Shown: positions 21,697-32,829 of the stretch, one piece after another
Layout of the letters: each line of letters opens with the position of its first letter
Numbering within the stretch: position 1 is the first letter of the stretch
From: an uncultured Planctomycetales bacterium
GTDB lineage: Bacteria > Omnitrophota > Gorgyraeia > Gygaellales > Profunditerraquicolaceae
Direction: 5' to 3'
DNA: 64,000 bases
Assembly (NCBI GenBank): GCA_964427405.1
Contig: CAYRUB010000001.1
Span: forward strand, 80,752-144,751
Notes under the pieces: generated by a model
What the model saw: the letters and a program-made list of their open reading frames with translations, nothing else
Told to the model about the DNA's origin: nothing
Database searches by the model: none
Program-made: the position numbers and the translations under genes

Positions 21697-22987
21697 TTCC
21701 CCTTCCCACCCCTATATAAGTAAAACCCATTTCCTTAAGCAACTTAGGATCGTATATATTCCTGGCGTCAATAACCAACGGCCGCTTAAGTGTCTTTTTT
21801 AGCCTGATAAAATCCAATTCCTTGAATTCATTCCATTCTGTAGCCACAACAAGGCAATCGGCAGATTTAGCAGCCTGATAGAGATTGTCACAAAAAGTAA
21901 CATCTTTTAATAATTCCCTTGCCTTCCCCATTGCCTTGGGGTCATAAACCTTGACCTTTGAGCCCTCCTGTATTAATGCCTTAACTAAATCAATGCTGGG
22001 GGAATTCCTTAAATCATCAGTATTAGGCTTAAAAGCAAGGCCCAGGACCGCGATAGTCTTATCTTTTATAATCCACAGCTCGTCTTTAATCTTCTGCAAA
22101 ACAAATTTCTTCTGCTCTTCGTTGGTATTCCTTACTGCCTTAAGAATCTGAAAATCATAACCTAACTTTTCAGCGATATTTATAAAAGCCTCTAAATCCT
22201 TGGGAAAACATGAACCGCCATAACCTATTCCCGCGTGCAAAAAATTACGGCCAATACGGCTATCTAAACCCATACCCTGAGCCACTTCTTTTACATCCGC
22301 ACCCACCTTATCACAAATACGGGAAACCGCATTAATAAATGAAATCTTGGTAGCTAAAAAGGCATTTGAGGCGTGTTTAATAAGCTCAGCTGATTTTATA
22401 TTAGTAATAAGAATAGGCCGGTTCAAAGGCTGATACAAACTTGTCATTATCTGTCTTGCCTTTAGGCTCTCCACCCCTAATACAATCCGGTCAGGGTGAG
22501 TGAAATCATTTATTGCTGAGCCCTCCCTTAAGAACTCCGGGTTAGAAACTACATCAAATTTATGCCCCTTTTTAACATAAGTAGAGATTGTCTTCTTGAC
22601 CCAGGCGCATGTCTCAACCGGCACAGTAGATTTCTCGACAATCAAGCGGTAGCCGTCCATATTCTGCGCGATGCTGTGGGCGACATTCTCTATACCGGTT
22701 AAATCCGCCTCGCCGTTTTCAAGCGCGGGAGTCCCAACAGCGATAAAAATCACCTCGCTTACCTTTACGGCAGAACTGATGCTTGAGGTAAATTTAAGCC
22801 TTTTGTTCTTAAGATTAAGCCTGATCATCTCCTCTAAGCCCGGCTCGTAAATAGGCACTATCCCCTTTTTAAGATGGGATATTTTCTTAACGTCATTATC
22901 AGCGCAAATAACTTTATTGCCTAGCTCAGCAAAACAAGCCCCCGTAACTAAGCCCACATAACCTGAACCGATGATTGATATATTCAT
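21689..22987 (-). CDS. ugd: UDP-glucose 6-dehydrogenase
   Basis: GSGYVG, NPEFLREG, GGSCFPKD. Confidence 0.93.
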   Translation of the reverse strand: MNISIIGSGYVGLVTGACFAELGNKVICADNDVKKISHLKKGIVPIYEPGLEEMIRLNLKNKRLKFTSSISSAVKVSEVIFIAVGTPALENGEADLTGIENVAHSIAQNMDGYRLIVEKSTVPVETCAWVKKTISTYVKKGHKFDVVSNPEFLREGSAINDFTHPDRIVLGVESLKARQIMTSLYQPLNRPILITNIKSAELIKHASNAFLATKISFINAVSRICDKVGADVKEVAQGMGLDSRIGRNFLHAGIGYGGSCFPKDLEAFINIAEKLGYDFQILKAVRNTNEEQKKFVLQKIKDELWIIKDKTIAVLGLAFKPNTDDLRNSPSIDLVKALIQEGSKVKVYDPKAMGKARELLKDVTFCDNLYQAAKSADCLVVATEWNEFKELDFIRLKKTLKRPLVIDARNIYDPKLLKEMGFTYIGVGRGNG

Positions 22988-23015
22988 TTATCCGCCTTTA
23001 TAGATTTTTATGATT

Positions 23016-25265
23016 TTACTGCGCTCCGGATTTCTTTTCACTCATGGATTGATCAAATCCGAATTCATTCTCGGGGAAAGCCTTAAGCCTGAAGGTAAAA
23101 AATATGGTTGTACCGGTATCCTCTTTTTTATTCAAAGTAATATCAAGATCCCAACAATGCAAATCCCTAGTAAAGGTATACTCCTGCTCTTGTGAGCCGC
23201 GATCAAGCGCAGATGTCTTTTTAAAGTTATAGCGCTGGTACATCTTAAATTTCCACTTAGGGGTCAAGCGCCAATTAAAACCAAGAGTAACCTCATTCTT
23301 TCCTTTTCTTTCATAGCGCTGTCCCATACTAAATGAACGCTCTTTACCTAAATCAAAAATCAAATCATAGCTGGCTAAAGAAAAATTATTGTAGTTTACA
23401 TTATCATGATCAGAATGTTCATAGGTAGCATCGGCTTCAAAACGAACCCAGGAATAAGGAAGCACCTTTAATTCAAAAAGTATATCTGAAAGCTGACTTT
23501 CCAGTTTTTTCCCGGTATTTCTAATAATACCATTATTATAGAATATAACTCCGTCTGAACCTGTATTAGAACCGGATTTAGGACTAATAACATAGTCCGT
23601 AGTAACCCTAAAATCCACAAAATCTACAACCTGGCCATTACGCTTAGTCTGCAATTTATTAGATAATCCCAGAGAAGCGGTATTACCGCGGGTAATAGAA
23701 TCAACGCTGTCAATTTGCCTTATGTTAATTCCCGGAATAGTAGGCACATGCGTATACAAATATCCAATACTGGGAGTAATAATATGACGTAATCCGTTGA
23801 TATCTAACCCGAGAAAATTAGTTTTAGCATTATAAATACGGTAAAACTTAGTGCTCATATCGGCGCCGCTGTAAAAAATGGTCCTGATAATCCCGCTTTG
23901 GCCGTTTGCGCCTTTATCATAAAAAGTCTGACGGCTGGAGACGAAGGGCTTAAATTGAATAAAGCCCACTTTCATAGGCAAAGAAACAGTGTTAGTAGTA
24001 TCAAGTCTAGTTGAGGTAACATCATCTGTAGTAACTGGATCTGTAGTGGCTTTTTTATTATAAGAACCGAACTGGCTTGAATCTTCAAAATATAACGGGC
24101 TTTCTCCTAATTGCAAACTCGGAAGATTATAATTTATCTCCGGCATCTTATCCAACTGGTCAAACCAATGATTAGTACGTTTCTGCAGAAGAATATCTAA
24201 ACTAGAATAATTAAAGGAGTGGTGGAAAAGAGCATAGCTTAACGGCTCGGTATCTTGTTCATATTCCCTGAAGAAATAATCCTGCAGAATGGTATGCGCG
24301 TTGGGATTAGCAGGAGTATTCTCATACTTCCATCTTTCATCGCTAATCTTATAGAACTCCGCCATAACATTAGTACGCTCATCAATATCCCACTTATGGC
24401 GCCAGCGCATAAAATAACGCTGAAACTCCGTTGGCGCTCCTGCCGGCTGGCTATCGGGTTTTTCATCAGCATAATAAAATTTAAAATCACCTTTGCCAAC
24501 CAAAGTCTTTACATAGTTCAACTCAAAACCCTCGCCCCAGCCTAATTTGCTGCGGTAATCAAGAAAAACTTTGGCATTCAGCTTATCTGTAAGATTATAA
24601 CGCCAGGCGCTCAAAAGATACGGGCCCCAATCCTTACGCGTACCAGGTTCAACCTGCACATGCATAATCGGCTCTTTCATTGAATAGTTAAATTGCGGAA
24701 GGTAAATAAGCGGCACAGATCCCAGATAAAGCGTAGTTTGTTTAGATTGCACTTTATCTCCGGGAAACATGCTTATTTTCTTCGAGGCTAAACGAAAATG
24801 CGGATGGTCAAAACTACAGGTAGTAAAATAACCCCCCTTAGCCACAAATTCTCCATCACTTAACTTTTCTACCTTTTTAGCTTTTCCAAAATAAGGATTG
24901 GCGCGAAAATCCGCGTTATAAATTATTCCGGTCTTATTCGCAAAATCATAAACTATTCTTTCTCCGGTAACCACTCCATTTTCATCTTCAAGCCGGGCAT
25001 TGCCTTCTGCCAAGCCCTCTTTTGACTGCATATTTACCTTCATCCTTTTACAGGTCAATTTTGAACCCTTGTAAATAACCTCAATATTGCCGGTAGCAAC
25101 AACCTCCTTGTTATCGGCAGAATACTCAACATTATCACCGTTAATAATTATAGGAGATTCCTTATTCTCCGCGGCGTATAACAAATTAACGCAAGCGGCA
25201 AAAATAAATACCAGCATAGCTACGCAGAATTTTATCTTATTGGAATTAAAGAGTCTGTTTGACAT
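23016..25265 (-). CDS. lptD: LPS-assembly protein LptD-like outer-membrane protein; start uncertain (25265 or 25217)
   Basis: Signal peptide, OstA-like beta-jellyroll, FTTC..P, beta-barrel with RDLHCW. Confidence 0.82.
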   Translation of the reverse strand: MSNRLFNSNKIKFCVAMLVFIFAACVNLLYAAENKESPIIINGDNVEYSADNKEVVATGNIEVIYKGSKLTCKRMKVNMQSKEGLAEGNARLEDENGVVTGERIVYDFANKTGIIYNADFRANPYFGKAKKVEKLSDGEFVAKGGYFTTCSFDHPHFRLASKKISMFPGDKVQSKQTTLYLGSVPLIYLPQFNYSMKEPIMHVQVEPGTRKDWGPYLLSAWRYNLTDKLNAKVFLDYRSKLGWGEGFELNYVKTLVGKGDFKFYYADEKPDSQPAGAPTEFQRYFMRWRHKWDIDERTNVMAEFYKISDERWKYENTPANPNAHTILQDYFFREYEQDTEPLSYALFHHSFNYSSLDILLQKRTNHWFDQLDKMPEINYNLPSLQLGESPLYFEDSSQFGSYNKKATTDPVTTDDVTSTRLDTTNTVSLPMKVGFIQFKPFVSSRQTFYDKGANGQSGIIRTIFYSGADMSTKFYRIYNAKTNFLGLDINGLRHIITPSIGYLYTHVPTIPGINIRQIDSVDSITRGNTASLGLSNKLQTKRNGQVVDFVDFRVTTDYVISPKSGSNTGSDGVIFYNNGIIRNTGKKLESQLSDILFELKVLPYSWVRFEADATYEHSDHDNVNYNNFSLASYDLIFDLGKERSFSMGQRYERKGKNEVTLGFNWRLTPKWKFKMYQRYNFKKTSALDRGSQEQEYTFTRDLHCWDLDITLNKKEDTGTTIFFTFRLKAFPENEFGFDQSMSEKKSGAQ

Positions 25266-25914
25266 TATTAGCTTGGGGAATTTTTTTATAATCTTCCAGG
25301 AACCTGTTGATACCAATATCAGTCAAGGGATGCTTGATTAACTGCTCAATCACTGAAAAAGGTATTGTGGCGATATCCGCTCCGATTAAAGCAGCATTAA
25401 CCACATGCATTGGGTTACGCACAGAGGCAACAATAATCTGGGTTTTAAAACCGTAATTTTCATATATCTTTTTTATATCCCTTATTAAATCAATTCCCTC
25501 CTGGGCAATATCATCAAGCCTGCCGATAAAAGGCGAAACATAAGTTGCTCCTGCCTTAGCTGCAAGTAATGCCTGAGTGGGTGAAAAACAAAGCGTAACA
25601 TTAGTTTTAATCCCTTCCGCAGACAGGATCTTTACTGCCCTTAGCCCTTCTTTTGTAAGAGGAACCTTAACTACGATATTCTTGGCCAGCTTGACCAATT
25701 CATGAGCTTCGCCAACCATCCCGGAAGATTCAAGGCTGATCACTTCAGCGCTAACCGGGCCGCTAACTAACGCGCATATCTCTTTTAATACCTGTTCAGG
25801 ATTACGTGCCTCCCTGGCCATAAGCGTAGGGTTAGTAGTTACTCCATCGATGAGGCCAAGACTAGCCGCTTCTTTGATTTCTTTAATACTTGCCGTATCA
25901 ATAAAAATTTTCAT
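25246..25914 (-). CDS. Transaldolase / fructose-6-phosphate aldolase (TalC type)
   Basis: FIDTA, GVTTNP, VVKVP, SPFIGR, HPLTDIG. Confidence 0.92.
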   Translation of the reverse strand: MKIFIDTASIKEIKEAASLGLIDGVTTNPTLMAREARNPEQVLKEICALVSGPVSAEVISLESSGMVGEAHELVKLAKNIVVKVPLTKEGLRAVKILSAEGIKTNVTLCFSPTQALLAAKAGATYVSPFIGRLDDIAQEGIDLIRDIKKIYENYGFKTQIIVASVRNPMHVVNAALIGADIATIPFSVIEQLIKHPLTDIGINRFLEDYKKIPQANNVKQTL

Positions 25915-26837
25915 TTTGCCGACCTCTCCCTGACTAAATATCCTGCCCCGATTATTCCGGCATCATTGCCTAGTTTAGCTTTAAATATTTTTACCCGTCT
26001 CGCCTGCACGCTCATTGCGCGTGCTGAAATAGTTCTCTTGACACTTTTAAACAATACCTTACCAGCGCAAGATATCCCGCCGCCAATTACAATTGCATCA
26101 AGATTAAGCAGGTTCACAACCCCACTTAAAGCTAAGCCTGCTTTTTCACCAACCCCATCCCAGAATCTTACCGCTTTGGTATTATTAGCCTGCGCCAATT
26201 GGCTTATCTTTTCAAGGGTAATCTTAGAGCCGAATAATTTACGCGCATCTTTAATAATTCTGGCATTACCAACATATGCCTCAAGACAAGCCTCGGAACC
26301 GCAACCGCAAACAGGCCCGTGCTCATTAAGGGGAATATGCCCGACTTCACCGGCGGCATTATCAACCCCCCGGTAAAGAGTATTATTAATAATCAGGCCT
26401 CCGCCTACTCCCGTACCTAAGGTCAGACATAAAACATTATTATAACCTTTTGCCGAACCGGTTTTATGCTCTGCCAAAGCCATCAGCTTAACGTCATTAT
26501 CAATAAAAACCGGAAGATTAGTTTCTTGCTCCAGGATCTTTTTTAAGCCCACTTCTCTCCATCCCGGTATATTCGGCAGGAAATGCACTACTCCCCTAAA
26601 AGTATCTACCGGCCCAGGTAAACCAATACCTACGCCTAAAATAGAACTTTTGCTTAAATTTAGCTTTAGGATAAAACTGTTTATGGAATTAATTATTCCG
26701 TCAATAAGTTTTTGTTTATTGTTAAAACTCTTTGTGCTGAATAAGCTTTTGGCTTTAATTTTCAGGCTGCTGTTAAGTAAGGCACATTTTAAATTAGTGC
26801 CCCCTAAATCTATAGCAATAATAAAATGTTTGGCCAT
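25911..26837 (-). CDS. ROK family glucokinase
   Basis: DLGGT, GTGVGGG, GEVGH, CGCG..CLE. Confidence 0.9.
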   Translation of the reverse strand: MAKHFIIAIDLGGTNLKCALLNSSLKIKAKSLFSTKSFNNKQKLIDGIINSINSFILKLNLSKSSILGVGIGLPGPVDTFRGVVHFLPNIPGWREVGLKKILEQETNLPVFIDNDVKLMALAEHKTGSAKGYNNVLCLTLGTGVGGGLIINNTLYRGVDNAAGEVGHIPLNEHGPVCGCGSEACLEAYVGNARIIKDARKLFGSKITLEKISQLAQANNTKAVRFWDGVGEKAGLALSGVVNLLNLDAIVIGGGISCAGKVLFKSVKRTISARAMSVQARRVKIFKAKLGNDAGIIGAGYLVRERSAK

Positions 26838-26887
26838 GGGTGGTATTCTATATTAAAAATCATAATTTTTCAAGGGGTAAGTTCGTG

Positions 26888-27883
26888 TTAGGCAGGGCAG
26901 AAACAAACCTTATTCTTTCCGGTTTCCTTAGCCAAATATAATGCCTGATCCGCCATTTCAATTAAATCCCGCATATGATCGGTATTGTCCGGGAAGGTAG
27001 AAACACCGATGCTCACAGTCACCCTCAATTCTTCATCATAAGCCTTAATTACCGATGCCTCGATTGCCTGCCGTATACGTTCCGCAGCAAAAGAGGCCTG
27101 CTCCTTATCGGTTTCAGCCAAAACTATAGCAAGCTCCTCCCCGCCATAGCGGCCGATAAAATCAATCTGCCTGACCATATCGCATATAGTCTTAGAAACC
27201 TGCCGCAGTATGGCATCTCCTACCAGATGCCCGTAACGATCATTGAATTGTTTAAAATTATCCAAATCGATCATAAGAAAACAAAGGCACAGCTTATTTT
27301 TCCTGGAACGCTTAAGTTCTTCACTAAAACGCTCAAGAAAATACCTTCGGCAATAAACCTGGGTAAGCGCATCAGTAATGGCCATCTCCTGAACCTTTTG
27401 GTAAAGGTGCGCCCTTCTAAGGCCGATTAAAAGCTGCTGAGTAAGGATCCCAAACTTCTCCTTGTCCGTGTCAGAAAGACCATCCACCGCAACATATCCG
27501 GCAGCCTGATTCTCCTCGGTATTTAAAGGAAGTACTGTGTAATCTTTATATTTAATCAATTCCACGCTATCTTTAATATACTGAAAACCTCTAAAATTGA
27601 TATGTTTTCTCAGGTTATCACGGAAAATAGCAAATATTTTTTCCTCATCCAACCCCTTGCAGATATCCTTAGTCAATTCATAAAGCGCCAGAGTCTCTAT
27701 AAAGATTTTATTGAGCCTGGCATTCTCTGAATCCAAGACCTGTTTGCCTTCTTTTAGAATATTAAGCTGATTAAGCAAACCGGCGCTTTTCGCTTCCCTG
27801 CGCTTAAGACGGCCGGATAAAACATCATATAAAAATACGGCCCAGCTGATTGTCAGGATTAAAAATAATATTATATATAACAT
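26888..27883 (-). CDS. Membrane-anchored diguanylate cyclase
   Basis: N-terminal TM, RQID I-site, intact RYGGEEL. Confidence 0.9.
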   Translation of the reverse strand: MLYIILFLILTISWAVFLYDVLSGRLKRREAKSAGLLNQLNILKEGKQVLDSENARLNKIFIETLALYELTKDICKGLDEEKIFAIFRDNLRKHINFRGFQYIKDSVELIKYKDYTVLPLNTEENQAAGYVAVDGLSDTDKEKFGILTQQLLIGLRRAHLYQKVQEMAITDALTQVYCRRYFLERFSEELKRSRKNKLCLCFLMIDLDNFKQFNDRYGHLVGDAILRQVSKTICDMVRQIDFIGRYGGEELAIVLAETDKEQASFAAERIRQAIEASVIKAYDEELRVTVSIGVSTFPDNTDHMRDLIEMADQALYLAKETGKNKVCFCPA

Positions 27884-29154
27884 ACCCTGTTTCTTCCCTT
27901 TCGCTTGGCGTCATACATAGATTTATCCGCTTTCTGAATCAACTCATCCTCATCCTTTGTATCAAGCGGCAGACAGGCCAGGCCGATAGAAACCGTGATA
28001 GAGGTATCTTGGCGGCGCAACAATATCTTCTCTCTTTCAATCCTCTGGCGCAGCTCCTCTGCGACTGCTAATGCTCTTTGCTTATCTATCTCCGGCAACA
28101 TGACCAGAAATTCCTCGCCCCCAAACCGGCATAATAGAGGGCTAAGATCACTTAAGCTGTCTTTTAATAAAGAGCTGACCTTCTTTAAAACAATATCCCC
28201 GGCGGTATGGCCGAATTTATCATTATACTGTTTAAAAAAATCAATATCGATCATCATTAATGCCAGGCGCTGGTCAAGACGCTGGCAACGCTTAGCTTCA
28301 TCTTTTAACCTGCCGATAAAATACTGCTTTGTATAAAGCCCGGTCAAATCATCGTGAATAGCCAAATCCTGGGTTTTCTGAAAAAGCAAACTGTTTTCCA
28401 GGGCTACCGCGCCAAGGCCTGAAACCAGAGAAAGAAAACGTAAATCATCCTGATTAAAAGAACCCCGCTTATCGCTCTCAAGGCGCAACAAGCCAAGCAG
28501 GGAATGATGGCTAATCAGAGGGGAACTAATCAACGATAAAACCGGACGCATCTCCTGACTGCGCACGGTATCCAAATCAAAACGGAAATCATTTTTTAAG
28601 TCTTCAATGATAAGCTCCCGGGAATGCCTTAATACCCAATAGTCAAAGATATCGCCTTCTTTGGAAAGAATGACCAACTGACTGTCCTCTTTTATGGAAT
28701 GTATGAGATTTAATTTTTGGCTATGATTATCCAGTAGATAGAAAAGCGCGGATCCGCAGGAATTTGAAATTAAAGAGTAAACCGTGGAACTTAATACGTT
28801 AACAACGACATCCAGCCTTAAGCTGCGGTTGAGCTCCTCGATAACCTTTTTAAGGTTATCGTAACGGGTGATCCTAAATTTAAGCGCAGCGCCAAACTCT
28901 TGGGCTTTTGCATTCTCAACATTAATAATATTTATCTGCTCTTTGATATTCTCAACCTGGGATTCAACTAAAGAATTCTTATTAGAGAATAACCGCAGTA
29001 GATAGAAGAAACCAATAATATTGATTAATATAAAAATAAAAAAGATGGCTGGGTTAACTTTTTGATGAAAAAGCAGGAAATTAATTACTACGCAGATAAC
29101 GCAGGCAAACGATAGGAATAGACAGATCTTTTTCCGGGAGATTTTCTGCTGCAT
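27871..29154 (-). CDS. TM-GAF-GGDEF diguanylate cyclase
   Basis: Two TM helices, GAF domain, RFGGEEF. Confidence 0.9.
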   Translation of the reverse strand: MQQKISRKKICLFLSFACVICVVINFLLFHQKVNPAIFFIFILINIIGFFYLLRLFSNKNSLVESQVENIKEQINIINVENAKAQEFGAALKFRITRYDNLKKVIEELNRSLRLDVVVNVLSSTVYSLISNSCGSALFYLLDNHSQKLNLIHSIKEDSQLVILSKEGDIFDYWVLRHSRELIIEDLKNDFRFDLDTVRSQEMRPVLSLISSPLISHHSLLGLLRLESDKRGSFNQDDLRFLSLVSGLGAVALENSLLFQKTQDLAIHDDLTGLYTKQYFIGRLKDEAKRCQRLDQRLALMMIDIDFFKQYNDKFGHTAGDIVLKKVSSLLKDSLSDLSPLLCRFGGEEFLVMLPEIDKQRALAVAEELRQRIEREKILLRRQDTSITVSIGLACLPLDTKDEDELIQKADKSMYDAKRKGRNRVCYI

Positions 29155-29185
29155 ATAACTTTCTAACTAAACCAGGGCTTAAAAC

Positions 29186-30289
29186 TTAAACGATAGTCTC
29201 TTCGGTGTTTTTGTCGAAGAAGTGAACCTTGCTCATATCAAAGACTACGTCCATCTCCTGGTTGACCTTCGGCCGGTCATGCGCGCCGACGCGGGCAATA
29301 AAGGTATGCCTGCCCGTATTAAGGTAAAGATAAACCTCCGACCCCATGGGTTCGAATACTTCACAGTTTACCCTGACGATATTCTCCGGAGGGGCCTCGG
29401 AAACAAATAATTTATCATATACATCCTCGGAACGAATACCAAAAAGTATCTCGCTGCCGACATAGCTGGCCATCTTCTTATACATATCCTCAACCAGCTT
29501 AACCTGGATTTTACCTTCATCAAAATATATCCTTCCCTCTTTTTTAATAATCCTTCCCTGCATAATATTCATCGGCGGGCTGCCTATGAAACTGGCAACA
29601 AATTTATTTTTCGGATGGTCATAAACATCAATAGGATCATCCAATTGATGCAAAATACCGTCTTTCATTACCGCGATACGGTCACCCATAGTCATAGCTT
29701 CAACCTGATCATGAGTTACATATATAATCGTGGTCTGCAGTCTTATGTGCAATTTATGAATTTCAGTACGCATCTGTACGCGCATCTTGGCGTCAAGATT
29801 ACTCAAGGGTTCATCAAATAAAAAAACCATGGGCTTACGCACAATAGCCCTTCCCACCGCCACGCGCTGGCGTTCTCCTCCGGAAAGTTCACGCGGCTTA
29901 CGATTCAACAGCCGCTTAATCCCCAAAATATCCGCAGCCTCACTGACCCTCTGGATAATCTCCTGTTTAGGAATATGCCTGAGCCGCAGGCCAAATGACA
30001 TATTCTCAAAAACAGTCATATGCGGATAAAGCGCGTAATTCTGGAAAACCATAGCGATATCCCGGTCTTTAGCCGGTACATCATTGACCCGCTTATTGCC
30101 TATAAAAATATCTCCCGAGCTTATTTCTTCAAGACCGGCGATCATCCTTAAGGTAGTGGATTTGCCGCAGCCCGAAGGGCCTACCATGACCATAAACTCT
30201 TTATTCTCAATACCTAAGTTTATCTTATTAACCGCCATGACATTACCCGGGAAAACCTTACAAACATTCTTTAAACTTACCTGTGCCAT
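29186..30289 (-). CDS. Sugar ABC transporter ATPase (MalK/MsmK/UgpC family)
   Basis: GPSGCGKST, LSGGERQR, DEPLSNLD, TOBE tail. Confidence 0.94.
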   Translation of the reverse strand: MAQVSLKNVCKVFPGNVMAVNKINLGIENKEFMVMVGPSGCGKSTTLRMIAGLEEISSGDIFIGNKRVNDVPAKDRDIAMVFQNYALYPHMTVFENMSFGLRLRHIPKQEIIQRVSEAADILGIKRLLNRKPRELSGGERQRVAVGRAIVRKPMVFLFDEPLSNLDAKMRVQMRTEIHKLHIRLQTTIIYVTHDQVEAMTMGDRIAVMKDGILHQLDDPIDVYDHPKNKFVASFIGSPPMNIMQGRIIKKEGRIYFDEGKIQVKLVEDMYKKMASYVGSEILFGIRSEDVYDKLFVSEAPPENIVRVNCEVFEPMGSEVYLYLNTGRHTFIARVGAHDRPKVNQEMDVVFDMSKVHFFDKNTEETIV

Positions 30290-30305
30290 TTATTTACACT
30301 CCTTT

Positions 30306-31145
30306 TTAACTAAAATAATCAAGCAGCTGACTAATATTATGCTTCATATTTTTACGATGTACGATCATATCAATAAGCCCATGGTCTAATAAAAACTCCG
30401 AACGCTGAAAACCAATAGGCAACTTTTGCCTTATAGTCTGCTCAATAACCCGCGGACCGGTAAAACCAATCAAGGCATTAGGTTCAGCCATAATTATATC
30501 TCCAACTCCGGCAAACGAAGCCATGATCCCGGCCATAGTGGGATTAGTGAGCACGGATATGTACAACAACCTTGCTTTATGGTGATAAGATAAGGCGGCG
30601 CAGGTTTTAGCCATCTGCATAAGGCTATACATCCCTTCATACATACGCGCCCCGCCTCCGGAACCAGAAACGATAACCATGGGAAGTTTATTTTTAGTGG
30701 CATATTCAATAGCCCGGGTTATTTTCTCCCCGACTACCGAGCCCATAGACCCCATAATAAAACGCGAATCAGTTACAGCAATAATTGCCTGTTTGCCGTC
30801 AATCTTTCCTTCACCGGAGATAACCGCATCCTTTAACCCCGTTGATTCCTGATCCTGCTTCAATTTCTCTTTATAGGTCTTTGGTCCTTTAAAATCAAGC
30901 GGGTCAACCGCGAACATATCTTTATCAAACTCGGAAAAAGTATCCTTATCAAATAATATATTCATCCTCTCGTAAGCAGTCAGCCCAAAGTGATAGTTGC
31001 ATTTCGGACAAACCTTAAGATTCTCTTCCAAAGTCTTATTGTAAAGCGTCTCTAAACACCCCTCACATTTTGTCCATAAGCCATCCGGCATCTCTTTCTT
31101 CTTTACGCGCACTATTGTATATTTTGGTTTACCGAATAAGGCCAT
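30306..31145 (-). CDS. accD: Acetyl-CoA carboxylase carboxyltransferase beta
   Basis: CEGC/CPKC zinc ribbon, GSMGSVVGEK, GGARM, FQRSEFL. Confidence 0.96.
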   Translation of the reverse strand: MALFGKPKYTIVRVKKKEMPDGLWTKCEGCLETLYNKTLEENLKVCPKCNYHFGLTAYERMNILFDKDTFSEFDKDMFAVDPLDFKGPKTYKEKLKQDQESTGLKDAVISGEGKIDGKQAIIAVTDSRFIMGSMGSVVGEKITRAIEYATKNKLPMVIVSGSGGGARMYEGMYSLMQMAKTCAALSYHHKARLLYISVLTNPTMAGIMASFAGVGDIIMAEPNALIGFTGPRVIEQTIRQKLPIGFQRSEFLLDHGLIDMIVHRKNMKHNISQLLDYFS

Positions 31146-31161
31146 ATTAATTTAATAATAG

Positions 31162-32457
31162 TTAGCTATTGCCGTCCTCTAATTTATTAATTACTAATCC
31201 TGAAAGCACCTTGGGGTAAAAATAGGTAGATTTGGGAGGCATCTTGCTGCCGCCTAAAGCCACTTCAATAATCTGGCCTATTTTAACCGGATTCAAGAAA
31301 AACGCTATCTTTAAGGGATCCGCGTCAACCTCTTTAATAAACTCCTCAGGATCAGGATCATATCTTACGCTAGGCAGATTTTCCAAATCAAAATCTAAAA
31401 TATTCTTTAATACAAGATAGTTAAGGATAGCAACATCAAGCGTCCTATATTCTTTAGGTTTATCAGCGATTAACTTATCCAGGGTCTTTATATTTTTCAG
31501 GCGTAAAAGAAAATACTTTTTATCTTTATATACCCCTAAAAGATGCTCGGTGCATCCGGCTTTTTCCATAAGAAAGAAAAAACGGACCTTGTCTTTAATC
31601 TGATCCACATCAAAATACTCCTTAGCCTTTAAAATAAAATCCGCCAGGTCTAATTCAGTATTTAATTTAAATAAACGGTGAATAGGAGAAATTGACAGGC
31701 CCCGGGAATCCGTATTGGTAAAATATGACAGGCAGTAATTAAAGTCTTCTTCTCCGGTAAATTGCGCGCCTAATTTTTCACGCATAAGATCACGGTAAGC
31801 ACAAGAGACCTCATAGCGATGGTGGCCGTCAGCGATAAACATATTCTCATTGCTCATACTGGTTTCAATCATTTCCAATACCAGCGGATCATCCAAACGC
31901 CATAGTTTATGCAGCGTTTTCTCGTCATCAACAACTTCAATGAATGTCTTTTCAGCAGAGATATATTTTTGGAATATCCGTTGGATAATTCTTTTTTTAT
32001 CCAGGAAAATAACAAAGATCGGACTAAGATTAGCTTTTACCTGTTTGAGCAGTTTAAAACGGTCCTGCTTGGCTTCCGCATGCGTATTTTCATGGCCAAA
32101 AACAGCTGATCCCTTTTCATCTCCAAGCTTAAGCAAAGAAATAAATCCTAAACGGGTTTTTTTCTCACCCCTGATCACATACTGCTGGCTATAAAAGTAA
32201 ATCGCCGGCCGGCCGTCTTGGATAAGCACCTTATCTTTAAGCCAATCCCGGAATATTACACCTGCCCTGCGGTATCTATCATCAGGGGCTGCGTCCCTGG
32301 CTAAAAGTATATGAATAAAATTATAAACGGAGCGTTCACGGTAGGTTTCTTGAGCAAGCGGAGAAATTACATCATACGGCGGGCAAACAACCTGATTAGA
32401 ATCTTTTACCTTCTCTGGATTATAAACTACTGCTTTAAAAGCTTTTATCTTGGTCAT
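31162..32457 (-). CDS. DUF1015 family protein
   Basis: PPYDVI, HENT, IADGHHRY, MPPKSTYFYPK. Confidence 0.9.
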   Translation of the reverse strand: MTKIKAFKAVVYNPEKVKDSNQVVCPPYDVISPLAQETYRERSVYNFIHILLARDAAPDDRYRRAGVIFRDWLKDKVLIQDGRPAIYFYSQQYVIRGEKKTRLGFISLLKLGDEKGSAVFGHENTHAEAKQDRFKLLKQVKANLSPIFVIFLDKKRIIQRIFQKYISAEKTFIEVVDDEKTLHKLWRLDDPLVLEMIETSMSNENMFIADGHHRYEVSCAYRDLMREKLGAQFTGEEDFNYCLSYFTNTDSRGLSISPIHRLFKLNTELDLADFILKAKEYFDVDQIKDKVRFFFLMEKAGCTEHLLGVYKDKKYFLLRLKNIKTLDKLIADKPKEYRTLDVAILNYLVLKNILDFDLENLPSVRYDPDPEEFIKEVDADPLKIAFFLNPVKIGQIIEVALGGSKMPPKSTYFYPKVLSGLVINKLEDGNS

Positions 32458-32555
32458 TAAATGCGCGATAGCTAAAAAACCAACTTAATAACGTGAAGTT
32501 AATTTTACCATATAAAATAATAAAAACAATAATTTTAAAGCTTTTTTATCTTCCT

Positions 32556-32816
32556 TTAGTGGCCGGGGCAACCGGAGCAGCCTTGCTTAGCTTTAGGACA
32601 AGAGACAGCATTAGTATTTTCTGTAGGCTTACTTGCTTTTTTGTAATCAGTAGCATAAAAACCTGGCCCCTTAAAGATAAACCCTCCCGTACTGCTGATT
32701 AACTTCCTGACCTTCTTTGAACATTTAGGGCACTTAGTTATCGGTTTTGCTTTTATGCTCTGCAAAACTTCAAATTTATGTTTGCAAGACAAACACTCGT
32801 ATTCATATGTAGGCAT
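32556..32816 (-). CDS. FmdB family zinc-ribbon protein; likely start at 32816
   Basis: MPTYEYEC..C, CPKC, FKGPGFYATDY. Confidence 0.9.
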   Translation of the reverse strand: MPTYEYECLSCKHKFEVLQSIKAKPITKCPKCSKKVRKLISSTGGFIFKGPGFYATDYKKASKPTENTNAVSCPKAKQGCSGCPGH

Positions 32817-32829
32817 ATTTTCCCCTCTT

